A stretch of DNA of 64,000 bases from Octopus sinensis (taxonomy: Eukaryota). Location: contig NC_043015.1 in NCBI RefSeq assembly GCF_006345805.1, forward strand, positions 2,542,001 to 2,606,000, given 5' to 3'. Under the pieces are notes generated by a model. It saw only the letters and a program-made list of their open reading frames with translations. It did not search any database and had not been told where the DNA came from. Shown one piece after another: positions 24,966 to 38,600 of the stretch. The translations under genes were made by a program, and so were the position numbers. Positions within the stretch are counted from its first letter, which is position 1, and the number at the start of each line of letters is the position of its first letter.

Positions 24966-27455
24966 GTTGCTATCGTCTTACTTGAGGTTATTCTGAGCGT
25001 GCTCAATAATATTCTCATCAAATCTGGATCATAGTTTTATGTGTGTATGTATGTATGCATGTATGTATGTATATACATAATGATAGAGAGAGGGGGTATA
25101 TAGATAGATTGATAGATACATAGATAAATAGATAGCTATACAGAAGATGCACCCAATGATTTGATATTAGACGTTTGGTTATGGCTTATAAATGCTTGTA
25201 TAAATACTGGAGTTGTATAGTTAGGTAGTTCATACACAGTCGTTTCATTGCCAAAGGAAGGGTATTTTTCCAAAATTATATTTGAAACTTTAACCATCTA
25301 AATTAAGCATGTCTCTGACAAAGTGGATAGGAAAGGGCAGCTGTAATATCGGTAATCATACAGGAATTGTACATTGTTTCCGTGCAAAGAAATGAAATCT
25401 GATATTTTACTGTATTGTTCAGGGGTGTTACGGAAACTAGGTGATGGTGGGGTCTGTAATGAAAGTTATTATTAGATTTTTAAATGTAAGTATATGCAAA
25501 GTTGTCATATGCTAGTGATAAACACAATTGCTCACAGTGAAAATTTATTGAATTATTTAAAGAGGCATAGCAATTCCCTACTCATTGTATAGTAAGATAA
25601 TCAGGTCGCAGACAACAATACAGATAAGAATATTAAGCAAGTAATAGGTGGACAACTCAAATGATAGTATCATAAGAGGGCAGGGAGGAGAGGATTAGCT
25701 GAATTTGACTTGAAGATATAATCAAAATTTAGGAGTTAAAAAATCTCTCTGGAATTCAAGCTTATAAAATATGTTGTTCGCACAAAAGCATAGCAACGTG
25801 GAGCCAGACGTAGGATTTCTACTAGTTTATTTTAAAAGGAATGATTTCAGATGTTTCTTAAATAAATGAATCCATGTTAATGCAAGTTCTCTTTTTCAAA
25901 ATATTAGAGTCTCATGTAAGGGTAGTCGAAGATTTCTCCAAAATTTTGCGGCACCATGTATTTCCTACAGCATACCTTATATATAATATTTTTTATTACT
26001 ATCATTTATTTCCCCGAAGTAGTTCTCTAAGGTGATTGAGCCTTCGTATCCCTATATCTAAACGAAGAAGTGTGGTTATACGATCGGGGTTTCACTTGCT
26101 TCCATATGCACATATGTAATAGAGATGTAACAGAGAATAAATTCTCCTGTGGGTACTGAGCGTCTGTAAGCTCGGTTTATCCTAAAGCATTGGTTATCTA
26201 ACGGTGACAGCTGGTCGATATCGGATTAGCTCGATTTTCACATTTGATCTATCACGAGAGAGAGTTGTTGGCCCGGTGCCTCTCTACCTATATTGAGCTT
26301 TTGAAGTATTTCGGCTGAAACATTAACCCATAGATTTTCGGGTAAGTCCGAGTTATCCCCCATAAGATGGCTCCAGTCATGACGTCTACTATCTCATAAG
26401 CTTTTTAATATCTCATAAACCCATATCACCCGAAAGCCTACAAGTGTTCGTTCACAATATGTCATGACGTTCCCCCCACTTCAGTTCTACACAAGTTACA
26501 TGATTCCGATCAACTGAATCTGGCAATTCGATATACAAGTAAGTGTTTTTTAGCTATGAAACAAATTGTCATTCTCTGACCGGCCCTAGCAAACAATATT
26601 CTTGCAAAATCTATATACTGACATGATCGATTTGAGTAAAATATGAAGGCTTCATTAGTACTACTGCAGAACATTAATTTCAAATTTTCCAAATTTGTAC
26701 CCTCACTATGGAGTGGTTAACTCCCTTGTCAGTTCGTAGACTTGTGCAATGCTTGTGGTTATAAGAGTCTTTGTCTCTCATCTCTTGCAATGTAGGTGCA
26801 ACCATGCACACTCAGTCACTATTAGTGACAATTGAATTCTTCATTTACGGTTTTATAGTGCAACATCGTCAACATATTTATAGTTTTCCTATTACCATTT
26901 TGCCGAATCAGCCACTGATTCTCATGATCAGATATATACATTGACAGGTTGGATTTGATTTAACTATAAGCGTTTTAGTAGTATCAGTGATGAACTGTAA
27001 TTTCAAGCGAAACTGCTTTGCAAATTCAGTACCTTCAATCGCTATAGGGCGGTTAACTCCCGTTTCAATACATAGACATAAGCTATGTTTGTGGTTATAA
27101 GAATACCTGGCTCTTATTTCTAGCAGATGCACGTACTACAATGTAACCTCAGTCACTAATAGTGACTTCTGAATTCTTCCTGTTTGTTTATACATTGCGT
27201 CTAGACATCTCTCTCTCTCTATATATATGTATGTGTGTGTGAGTGTGTGTATGTATGTGCGAACGATAATTATGCCAGAGCATATTTCGGATTTCCAATA
27301 GTATAAACAAGTGTTTGAACAATATTAACTTGTCATGCAATGTTATGTTATTTTATTTAGATTATTGATTCTTCTTTGTTTACGTACGTTGTCACTTATC
27401 TTATTTGTACTGCTCTGGTCTTTTGTCTCACTCCCATAATGTTACACATACAATA

Positions 27456-27470
27456 TTACTATTATTATTA

Positions 27471-27535
<65 letters not shown>

Positions 27536-27550
27536 TTTATTATCATTATT
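27456..27550. repeat. (TAT)n microsatellite
   Basis: Read directly. Confidence 0.95.
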
Positions 27551-28034
27551 GTTATATCTTCGGCGATCAACACCTATTGTTTCTGAGTTCAAGAAAGAAA
27601 AAAAAAATTGCCATGACCATTTTATTTTGTGTTGGTAAACAGAAAGACATGTATCTGGTTTACTGCATAATATATTGTACACAGTTCATGATTTATAATC
27701 TGATCAGCCATTGTAATGACACAAACGTTTTGTAGGTAAACTTCTCATGACATTCAATTGTCATTTCCATTAATTCTTATATATTAAAACAGTAATTCAT
27801 CAGCGTATGTTGTCAATGAACCTGCAGGAGAATGTTTTAAAATCCGTTTGGAAACCAGTTAACCATTGTAACAAGGGAAGGTTTTCAAAATTAATTACTT
27901 TAATATTAGATACACTGAAGGCAGAGTCTCTCCGAATCTTTCGGTGGTAATGACAGATGTGCTTCATGAAATTATTTATCTCCGTCTGGATTTACGTAAG
28001 ATGTTTCTAAAGAACCTAGTGACAGTCGTAGACT

Positions 28035-28446
28035 CTCTTTACTCTTTTACTCTTTTACTTGTTTCAGTCATTTGACAGCGGCCATGCTGGAGCACCGCCT
28101 TTAGTCGAGCAAATCGACCCCGGGACTTATTCTTTGTAAGCCCAGTACTTATTCTATCGGTCTCTTTTTGCCGAACCGCTAGGTGACGGGGACGTAAACA
28201 CACCAGCATCGGTTGTCAAGCAATGCTAGGGGGACAAACACAGACACACAAACACATACACACACATGCATATATATATATACATATATACTACAGGCTT
28301 CTTTCAGTTTCCGTCTACCGAATCCACTCACAAATCATTGGTCGGCCTGGGGCTATAGCAGAAGACACTTGCCCAAGATGCCACGCAGTGGGACTGAACC
28401 CGGAACCATGTGGCTGGTTAGCAAGCTACTTACCACACAGCCACTC
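28035..28446 (-). mobile_element. tRNA-derived SINE family B, full length, with internal (CA)/(TA) microsatellite core and (gtaaaaga)n tail
   Basis: Minus-strand head gagtggctgtgtggtaagtagc...ggttccgggttcagtccc (A and B boxes). Tail reads (ctctttta)n on the plus strand. Homologous to 61283-62496. Confidence 0.9.
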
Positions 28447-28745
28447 GAAGTAATATACTTAAAGAACCAACTAGAAAAAGAGCGTTACAGGTATACCATT
28501 ACACTTCCAGGTCCACTCAAATAAGCAGGGACATGCTGTTTCCAGCCATGTAATTTCACGTGCAAATAATTAGTCGTTGCGTGGTTTAGAACATTACATA
28601 ACTATACATTCAAATTTGTAACTTTTTAAAGTACCTGACTGCACTGAATCTGCATTTGTTACGCAATAGCTTATAAAGCAAAAAAGATTTTTACTCATTG
28701 CTCTACATATTTCATTATCGTATGCATGCTCCAAACTTTATAACC

Positions 28746-28965
28746 TATTTCTTTACTACCCACAAGGGGCTAAACACAGAGAGGACAGGCAAGGAGATTA
28801 AGTCGATTACATCGACCCCACTGCGTAACTGGTACTTAATTTATCGACCCCGAAAGATGAAAGGCAAAGTCGACCTCGGCGGAATTTGAACTCAGAACGT
28901 AACGGCAGACGAAATACCGCAAAGCATTTCGCCCGGGGTGCTAACGTTTCTGCCAGCTCGCCGCA
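28746..28965 (-). mobile_element. SINE family C, full length, 9-bp target-site duplication
   Basis: tttataacc at 28737-28745 and 28966-28974. Confidence 0.9.
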
Positions 28966-29009
28966 TTTATAACCGTATACCAATATATGACTAAAAATAA
29001 TTCTAAAAT

Positions 29010-29124
29010 ATTCAGCCGGGGCAGATAGTTATCGTGATAATAGATCGTTAGCCACTACACACATGTTTTTCTCCCCTTGTTACTCTCCTTGTCTTTTTCT
29101 GAGTCCCTTTCCGTAGAAGAGCGT
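29010..29124 (+). mobile_element. Fragment of the 12553-12773 family, broken inside its hammerhead-like motif
   Basis: tagatcgttagccactac...ctctccttgt...ccgtagaagagcgt aligns with the reverse complement of 12661-12740. Confidence 0.6.
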
Positions 29125-30080
29125 TGATGCTAAATTAGGAGAGGACGGTCGGTGTGGCACTATTTCCCAGCCACGCGTTTGAATAGCTTCCTTGATCACA
29201 TTGGCGATATGAAGGCGGGCGCTGTGATGCAGCTGCCGACTAAGTCTTTCCTCTTGAACAACCGCGTTGAATAGTTTCTTTTGCTGAACATAGAGTTCCG
29301 TAATAGATAATCCCTTCCCAGACCCACCATACACACAACATCGTTTTACGGGGATGAAGATCGTAATTCACGCGCGGTGCCGCTCGTTTAACTGGACTGA
29401 AACATTCCTTACGCTGCTTCATATTGATGTAGAGGCACCATATTTCCTCGCCAGTAATGATTCGATAAAGAAATCGTTGCTTGTGTTCAGGCGTTCAGCT
29501 GTGACGAGCAACCAAACCAGTGGAGATTGTGGCTCGTTGATTTTTGCTGTCACTTAAAGCATTCGCAACACATGCTCCATATTTCTCACTCTTTCCCATC
29601 GAGTGAAGATGCATATCTAAAGCAGTGTGGAAGCATTCCATATTCTCTGCCAGTTCCCTTGTCGTTTGACGAGTATTTTCGTGCAAAAGTTGGTTTAATC
29701 GCTCTTCATCGAACTCAACTGGATTCCCAGAATGAGGTGTGTATTTGAGGTCAACAATTTCATTTCTGATCTTGGCATACCTATGACGAGCGGTTCTTTC
29801 AGCTATGGCACCCTCTCCATACACAGAACAAATGTCGCGAGCAGCTTTTGGGACCTTAAAACCTTGATTAAAAAGAAAAAGAAGTGGTTGTCGAAAATGC
29901 TCGTTTATGTTAACTTGACATTCCATTTTAATGATATGAAAATTTAAAAAAATAAATAACTAAAATTAACTAGAAAAAAAAACAGACTAGATACAAAAAT
30001 GATTGTAAAATATATTCCAAAATTTAAAAACGCAATAAATTCAAAAATTTAGAAAAACGGCTATTACTATATGTAACGCC
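29122..30080 (-). pseudogene. Decayed mariner (Mos1/Hsmar-like) transposon
   Basis: ORF 29495-29926 is the HTH region (EHFR..LLF.FNQG..AARDICSVYGEGAIAERTAR, HSGNPVEFDEERL, QTTRELAE). 29240-29422 reads HPRKTMLCVWW.WEGIIYY. 29080-29334 reads HHSARLHIAN..KEAIQT.GWEIVPHRPSSPNLA. Confidence 0.92.
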
Positions 30081-30430
30081 TTACGCTGTAAAGTGACTCT
30101 GATATCAAACTACTTCAATAAATATACAACGGCACCGAAACCCTAAGGATGAACATAGAAGAAATTGCTTTAAAAAAGGTTTAGTCGCACATCTTCTATG
30201 TACATTCTCACGATTGCGGTGCGTGGGTACATTTGTTAAAGTAGTTTGAATTTCGAGTCCCATTACAACGGGGGTAATTTGTTATAGAAATAGTCCTTGA
30301 TAAAATAATGTATTTTATACTTGAAAAAAAAATGTAATTTGTATTACATTTTTTCCTTAATTGGTTTTCCACGCTGATAACTTGATAGATCTTATATATG
30401 TATGTACACACACACACGCACGCGCACACA

Positions 30431-30505
<75 letters not shown>

Positions 30506-30589
30506 GCCTATGTATGCATATTAATATTGAAGCAAAATAATATAGGTATTTTTGTTATTGAAATAATATATACGCACACAAAAATATAT

Positions 30590-30653
30590 ATGTATAATTA
30601 TTATCAGTATTATTATTATCGTTATTACTTTTATCATTATTGTTATTATTTGT

Positions 30654-30703
<50 letters not shown>

Positions 30704-30720
30704 TATTATTATTATTGTTG

Positions 30721-30791
<71 letters not shown>

Positions 30792-30795
30792 GATA
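30590..30795. repeat. In-phase compound trinucleotide array (TAT)-(CAT)n-(TGT)-(TAT)n
   Basis: Read directly; source of the poly-H/Y/N/D ORFs. Confidence 0.95.
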
Positions 30796-31244
30796 TTATT
30801 ACGATTATGCATATACTTTTTTCCTCGATTCTAACGAGAGAAATGTGTATAATAAATAAAATCTTATAAATTTGTATTCAGTAACATTGCAGACGCGTTT
30901 AGGTTTGAAAATCAAGCAAAATTTTGATAAAAAATTGCAAAAATAGATATCTAAACTTTTAGCACGAGACATTTACGTAACTTACCGAAAAATAAATTTT
31001 CAGAAATATTTTCATGAAATTTATTTTGAGTGAAGAGATTTTGCTATTTAATAATAAACGTGAATATATTCCATGAAAAATAGTATGAGCATGTTTTTGC
31101 AAGTATATGTGGATTTCATTCAAAACTGTTTCGAAACCTGAGTTGATCTTTAGATAAATTATTACAATTTTTCTATTCATTGCCGTACGATTAATACTTT
31201 TAATCATAATGAATTCTAGTTATATTTTTATCGGAGTAAAGTTG

Positions 31245-31385
31245 GAGAGGTGGCCAAATGGTTAGTACGCTTGGCAAACAGCTTAGCGGCACTTCGTCCC
31301 TTTTTCACGTTACGAGTTCAACTCCCGCCAAGTCCGATATTGCTTTTATCTTTCATCAAGTTCACTACTGGGGCTCACCTTGTTC
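31245..31385 (+). mobile_element. SINE family C-related 5' fragment
   Basis: gaggtggccaaatggttagtacgc...gttacgagttcaactcccgccaagtccgatattgc. Confidence 0.55.
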
Positions 31386-31949
31386 CAAAATCATATATTA
31401 TAATTACTTTGTAATTTTCCAACTAGATAAAGAAGAAATTTGGATATGTTTTTATTTCTTTGCAGTAATTGCGCAAGTGTTCTATAGTTTTACGTAACAT
31501 TGCATGTTAGAAGTGTTTGGAAGTTTGGTTTCATCATCTATATATTCCTAACCTTCGCAAAAACTGGCGTAACTATCTGCTATCCCCTACGCGAAACGGT
31601 ATATATCACTTTAATACATTTAATTGTCATCTTCGTGCTCAAATAACCCCCGCAAATAGCTTCACTTTCTATTTCAAATAACATATCTTTTTCTGTCTCT
31701 TTCATATATATCTTTAGTTTACAAGTGATGTTGGACGGGAAAGCTTACTTCAGTTCACACTACTGTGTAACACGGCAGAATAATTTTGTAGACAGGTATA
31801 AATATGTGTGTGTACTCATAAGTGTGCGTGCGTGTTTGCATCTGTGTATAGATATAAACTGGAAAGACTGAAAAAAGTGGAAAGTGCCTGAACATTGCAG
31901 TGCCTTGGTGTTAGGTGAGACTTATTCAATCAAAATAATGGAGGAGTAA

Positions 31950-32140
31950 ATCGGTGAGCTGGCAGAATCGTTAACACGCCGGGCGTAATGCTGTATTTCG
32001 TCAGCCGTTACAATTGAGGTCGACATTACCTTTCATAATTTCGAAATCGATTAAATAAGAGCCAGTTACGCATTGGGTTCGATTTAATCCACTTAATCCT
32101 TTGTCTGTCCTTGTTTGTCCCCTCTATATTTTACCCCACT
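31950..32140 (+). mobile_element. SINE family C, internally deleted
   Basis: ggtgagctggcagaatcgttaacacgccgggcg...gaggtcgacattacctttcataatttcg...ttaatcctttgtctgtccttgtttgtcc. Confidence 0.75.
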
Positions 32141-34444
32141 GTGAGGACAGTTTACAATTCCTGAGTACCAATTTTGGGAAATGGAAAATTAGATCAGGAA
32201 AGTGGATGTAATGGGGACATTTGTGGCTGTTGGATGTGCTGAACTATCCACCTCCTAGAACAGATGCGATTACCGTAATAATAAGCAAGAGGAATATAAG
32301 AGAAACCTCACGCGTCTATCATTAAAAAGATTCTAATCAGTCGAGTAACACCCTTCTAGATATTGTGATGAACGTCAGTTTTTCTAGCAGAAGTTTGGTC
32401 TTACGTATAAGTGTACTATTCTATTTGAGAGCATGAGCCTTGTAGAATATCACGCTGAAATATCCGTGTATGTGTAAGTCTGAAGGTATATGAATATTTC
32501 GGCATTTTTTAATGTTTTTCCGTGTGTATTCTGAATAAATATATATATATTACAGTTTGGAAAAAACATGTGAGGAATGATACAGATATTCAAGCCTATG
32601 TATGTACGTACGTACTTACCTTCCTGCCTATACACATACATACATGCATACATACATATCCGCCTTCCTGCCTACCTACCTACATAGTTTCATATAAATA
32701 TACAAACATAAATACTTACATTTCTACATATGTGAGTACATACATAGATACATATCTGCGCACACACCTACCTACATGTATATATTCATACTTATATAAA
32801 TAGATGCGTACATGTATGAGTGCATATTTTATTCCTACAATGAGTAGTGCATGAATTAAAAAGAATTATCAAGCGGTAGTGTTTTAGAAGAATAAAGAGA
32901 AAATTACAGAAGGATTTCAAAATCGGAATACTTTAAATGAAAAAGTAGATATTGAAACATTACTTGTTTGCTTGGTTGTGCTTAAGTACGCCTACTTGGC
33001 TTTGTAAAACAGACTACTACCGAGTACAACATAAACATTTAAATTAAGGAAAGTTTCCATAACACTCTAAGCAAAAGTACACGGAAATTATAAAAATATT
33101 ATTTCAGAAACGATATATCTGCGTTAAATCATCACCACATCATAATAATTATTTTTCAATAAACGTATTCTTGTTTTACTGACGTGTTGAAGTCAATTCG
33201 AAAATGTATCTGTGTTTTGTTTTGCTTTTAGTACTTTCGAAAATCAATTAGGATAGTAACACTTTTACTAACAAATTCATAAAATTTCGAACGACTACTT
33301 ACGCATAGAAAAGAGTGTTGGAAACTATGCACATTGTTCCACTGCCGATTTCTGATTAAACCTGTTAAATCCACTTCTGATTGTACAATTTATAGTATAA
33401 ATCTCAATCTCTTGTTGTCACGCTCTCTCTCTCTCTCTCACGGGCACATACACTCTCACCGCTCACTCTCTTTCTGTCTCTGTTATTGCATACCTAATAA
33501 TTGGGTAATAAATTAAAAGTATGCTGTCCAGAATTATTTCATTTGAATAATATTTGATGATACACACCATTAAACGTAAGATTATTTAAAATACTATCGT
33601 AACTGTAAGTTAGAAGAAATTTTAAACTGCTAACTACTAGATACTGTAAACAAAATTAATAGTGTCCAGAAGATGTAAACCTTGTAGAGTATATATTAGG
33701 TGACAATTAAACGTACAATATTTCAATTTAGCAGAAACTATATAAAGTACGTCATATGAAAATGAAAATGAAAATCTTAATTTCGAAGTCTTACATTTTA
33801 GCTTTTAGTTCTGTTATATAACTCAATTAGATTTCCCTCCCATATATTTTGCTTAAAGTCCATTCAGTGTCTCAGAGCAGTGTAAGAATCGATAACATTG
33901 GAATTAATTATAAAACCATATATGACATTCATTTATAATTTAAATGGAAATTGATTAGGTTTACACACGGATAGTTTCCAATGAATCATCGCTCTTCGTT
34001 GAAATATAATGTAATTCATTGAAATGTTAAAGCTGTTACCCCGTTGTGACGAATACATATGCGAATATGTGTGTGTGCGTGCATGTGTGTGTGTATATAG
34101 CTGTGTTTGTCTTAAGTGAGTGAGTGTGTGTTTGTACGTGTGCATATTCGTACTCATGTATAAGTGTATATGTATCTGTTCATATTAGGGTCCGTATATG
34201 CGTTTTTTTTTATATATATACATATTAATGCGTACTTGTGCAGCTCGAAATGAATTGCTAAAAAAATCTGAGTGAATCGTGCTGCTACTTACTGAGTCAT
34301 CCTCCAATGCATTTAGTTAAGTGCCACCCAGCTAATTTGAATTAAACCGCTAATAACAAACTATCCTTGTATTCAGCTCAAAACTTTGTAATCGGTTACT
34401 GAACACTGGGTGTTTTTGTAGGTTTATCACCAATGAACCGTACT

Positions 34445-34833
34445 GTGGATGTGGAAGTACTCCGTCGGTTACGACGATGAGGGTTCCGGTTGATCCGATC
34501 AACGGAACAGCATGCTCGTGAAATTAACGTGTAAGTGGCTGAGCGCTCCATAGACACGTGTACACTTAACGTAGTTCTCGGGGATATTCAGCGTGACACA
34601 GAGAGTGACAATACCGGCCCTTTGAAATACAGGTACAACAGAAACAGGAAGTAAGAGTGAGAGAAAGTTGTGGTGAAAGAGTACAGCAGGGATCACCACC
34701 ATCCCTGCCGGAGGCTCGTGGAGCTTTAGGTATTTCCGCTCAATAAACACTCACAACGCCCGATCTGGGTGTCAAAACCGCAATCCTACGACCGCGAGTC
34801 CGCTGCCCTAACCACTGTGCCAGTGCGCCTCCA
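34445..34833 (-). mobile_element. SINE family A, copy 4, 14-bp target-site duplication
   Basis: caatgaaccgtact at 34431-34444 and 34834-34847. Confidence 0.92.
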
Positions 34834-35689
34834 CAATGAACCGTACTACTAGTTGATCAGTGCACCACTTGTCACTTACAAAGCATCCATTCTCTTTGTC
34901 CCGCCCCTACCCAATTAGTTTTCAATTCTTTTCTCATCATAAATGACTACTGGAATACACTAAGTGTTATTTGCATCTTTTCTTTTAGCTGCAGCTTGTA
35001 ATCGGTTCATTAACAGCGAAATGTGGCCATTGAAGTGTTAATAAGCCACCACAAGCCACTAACTTTACAAAATACATACGAGGATTAACATATTTTAACA
35101 TGCAACCAATGCGTTAATACGTATTTTCTTTTCATAATGATTTCCCGAATAAAGACCTCTTTGATATGTGACCCTCAATATGATGTGTGTTCAGTTTATG
35201 GTTTACATAATCAAACAATATTTTTATTGCTTAGAATATTTTAAATATTTTTATAGCAAGACATCAAGTAAAAATGTTGTCTGTTATACGAATTTACGAC
35301 AGCAATTAATCTTCAAGTACTGTTTGTTGGAACAAATATTCTATAACTGGAATAAGGGTATGCATTTATATATCTTAGCTCCAACCATTCTATTATTTAG
35401 AACAATTAGATTTATGATAAAAACATTCTCGTGCTTTAGAAAATGGAAATGCTTGCATTCTTGTCAAATTACTTTTTTACACTCTATAAAATATATTTAG
35501 AAATATTTTACCGATAATCTGACGAAATTAAATTTACAGAACTGAAAGACGAAACATATATCTCACAATTACTTGAATAACACGATTGAAATGAAACTGT
35601 AAATACATTAAAAAAATAGTAATATACCAAAGGCTTGAAACCAAATTCCGGTAAAACTCGTCTGATGTATTTATCAATAATACATTACG

Positions 35690-35905
35690 TATTTGAAATT
35701 TAGGCAGAAAGGCAACAAATTCAGGAAGTGAGTAAGTCGATTTCGTCGTTACCAGCGTTCTAATAGTGCTTATTTTATCGACCACGAAACGGTGACAGGC
35801 AAAGTCGACCACGGCAGAATTTGAACTCTTTATGTATGGTCGTATGAAATGCTTCTAGGCGTTTTGTCAGGTTTGCTCACCATTCTGCCAACGCGTCGAC
35901 TTGTT
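35690..35905 (-). mobile_element. SINE family C-related copy, degenerate
   Basis: ttttatcgaccacgaaacggtgacaggcaaagtcgaccacggcagaatttgaactc. Confidence 0.7.
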
Positions 35906-35994
35906 ATGATATATTAACTTCACTTCTGGTTCTGTTTCCTTGCGCCCTAAACAAATGGCAATTTCTTTAATTATTTTCTAAATTTGTAATCACG

Positions 35995-36073
35995 TAATGA
36001 TAATAATAATAATAGTGATAATAATAATAATGATGATAATAATAATAATAATAATAATATAATAATAATAATA

Positions 36074-36113
<40 letters not shown>

Positions 36114-36251
36114 CCTACGCAGAACACTTTCCATACAATAACCATCAGAGCATCACAACAAATAACAGCACATACCCAATCCACACAGAGCTGCGATCGG
36201 TAGGGAAGTGAAAGCACGCTATAAAAATAAAACTACAGAATAATAATAATA

Positions 36252-36302
<51 letters not shown>

Positions 36303-36303
36303 C

Positions 36304-36366
<63 letters not shown>
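35995..36366. repeat. (AAT)n array split by a 127-bp insert
   Basis: Read directly. Confidence 0.95.
36112..36238 (+). mobile_element. 5'-truncated 3' end of a Dong/R4-like LINE inside (AAT)n
   Basis: Starts atc cta cgc aga aca ctt tcc ata caa taa = ILRRTLSIQ*, like the final helix (..GTARILRKVLSI*) of R4/Dong ORFs. Then about 100 bp of 3' UTR. (AAT)n on both sides. Confidence 0.6.
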
Positions 36367-36368
<2 letters not shown>

Positions 36369-38084
36369 ATACATACATAGAATTGCTCTATGGAATTGAA
36401 ATAAACAACAGTTAGGTGACAATTTCTTGTAGTTATAATATGTTTCTCTATGCAGTAATATGTAAAAGACAGAAAAATTGCCAATGAAGCCCTATTTGTG
36501 TTTAGCAGCCTTGATCATGCCTTTCACATCTTCACAAATAGGAAGCTTGGGATATTCCCTTCAAGATAAAATATTCCGTTGGTTTTGAAACATCATCACG
36601 CGCAGTTATTCTCAATTTTATTGAAAGCGACTTAAACCCGGTCCCCTCTTAATACACTGATGTGGAGATAAATTCCACATTTTGATATTTGCAACTGCAA
36701 ATATTGAATAAATAGCTGATAAGGAATTGCTGTTGTCTTAGAATGTCGGAACATCGCCCACTTGATGCTGGAATTCAGTACTTAAAGGCCTACGTCAAAA
36801 TAGTAATATTCCTAGCGTTTATAAAAGGGTGCAAAGCAAATTCCTAAAAATGATGGTAAAAAGGTGTTGTTTTAACTAGCAGGACTCAGAAATACCGCGG
36901 TCATTATGAAACGTTTGGACGGTTGAATGCATATAGAGACCTATAAATGTTAGTGAGTCTTTGAAATTGTGTATTTTGCATTGTTTCCGTTAAAAACAAA
37001 AAAGCATTTCGGTTACTCTGGTCAAATATGTAATTAAGGGACCATAAGTTTCCCAATCTAGCAGAAGTTCAGAGGTTTATTATAAAACCCTAATTTTCAC
37101 AATAATTACAGAAAATATTATGTGTATCAATGTAGTAGCTTTCAACAATAGTAAGCTTTTTTAAACCTCTCCTTCATTTTCTATCCTATCTTCAAAATGT
37201 TCTCTTATCAACGATTCTGCATTGTCTTTCATTCATATTTTCCCTCCAGCATTGCTGCACCTATGATTGTTGTACATATTCATTTTTCTTTACATCTTTG
37301 CCTGCACCGTGACATTCTTTCTCTTATTAGATTACGCTGTCTATCGTCCATAGTTTCTAAACAGATATTAATTGACTCTAAAACCACATTAAATGTGAAT
37401 ATAGCACCAGACCAGGAGTGAATACAAAGAGAGAAAACAAACTAGCAAAAAACAATTACTGGATAATTCCAGATTCCAGATTTCTGGATTTGCGTAAGAA
37501 ATGCTCTGCCTTCATCATTGAAATCTACTCAGGTAGCACATACAAACACACACATACACAGACACAAATACACATACATTCATGCATACATACATACATG
37601 CATACATACATATATATATATATATATGTACAATATACGAATACATACATATACGAATAAAAGACAATGCAGAATCGTTGATAAAAGAACATTTTGAAAA
37701 TAGGATAGAAAATGAAGGAGAGGTTAAAAAAAGCATACTATTGTTGAAAGCTACTACATATATGCACATATGCAAAGGACCAGTTTCAATTGCCTGACTA
37801 AAATAATTACATATATATATATATATATATATATAACAGTTTTATTCAACTTCCTTGATACTCTGAGTTTGCTCCATGCATGTAACTCCCAATAAATGTG
37901 TTGAGGGCTCTTCTTTCATTTGTCCACTCACTCGTATATATAGGTGTGTGTGTGTTTGTGTAATTTGTAGTCGAAATATTGTTTTTGAGAAGCAATCTTC
38001 TTAAGACACGTACAACCTGCGCCTAAGAAATTATTTGAATGAAAGAACATTTTTACGACCTACTCATCGCACCATGGCAACCAA

Positions 38085-38290
38085 CAATTTTTTTTACTCT
38101 AAGCACAACTCCGAGATTTTGGGGAGGTGGTCAGTCGATTAGATCTGCCCAGTACGCAACTTGTACTCAATCTATCGACCCCGAAAGGATTAAAGGAAAA
38201 GCCCACCTCGGCGGAATTTGAACTCAGAACATAAAGACAGATGAAATACCGCTAAGCATTTAGCCCAGCATGCTAAAGTTTCTGCTATTT
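38085..38290 (-). mobile_element. SINE family C
   Basis: ctatcgaccccgaaaggattaaaggaaaagcccacctcggcggaatttgaactcagaac. Confidence 0.8.
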
Positions 38291-38489
38291 CTAAGAATGA
38301 GTTTAATAAGAATGAGTTTAGTATAATGCTTCCTTATAACATCCACCAATCGTTTTATCTGCCTTTGTCATTCGATAGATTAGTAAATCTACGGATAGAG
38401 GATATAAACTAATATTTAATATTTTTCTATTAGTCACGATAATATATTTAAAATTCCCCTCTTCGAAACACTTTACCTTTTTCCTTCTC

Positions 38490-38493
38490 TTTT

Positions 38494-38552
<59 letters not shown>

Positions 38553-38600
38553 ATCTTTCGTTCTTTCTTTCTTTCTATATTTCGTTCGTTCTTTCTCTCA
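38490..38600. repeat. (CTTT)n microsatellite
   Basis: Read directly. Confidence 0.9.

Noticed and set aside
25900-26480. Possible L1/Tx1 ORF1 relic on the minus strand (weak zinc-knuckle-like YYI*G..EIHGAAK)
   Set aside because: Too degenerate to support without a homology search.
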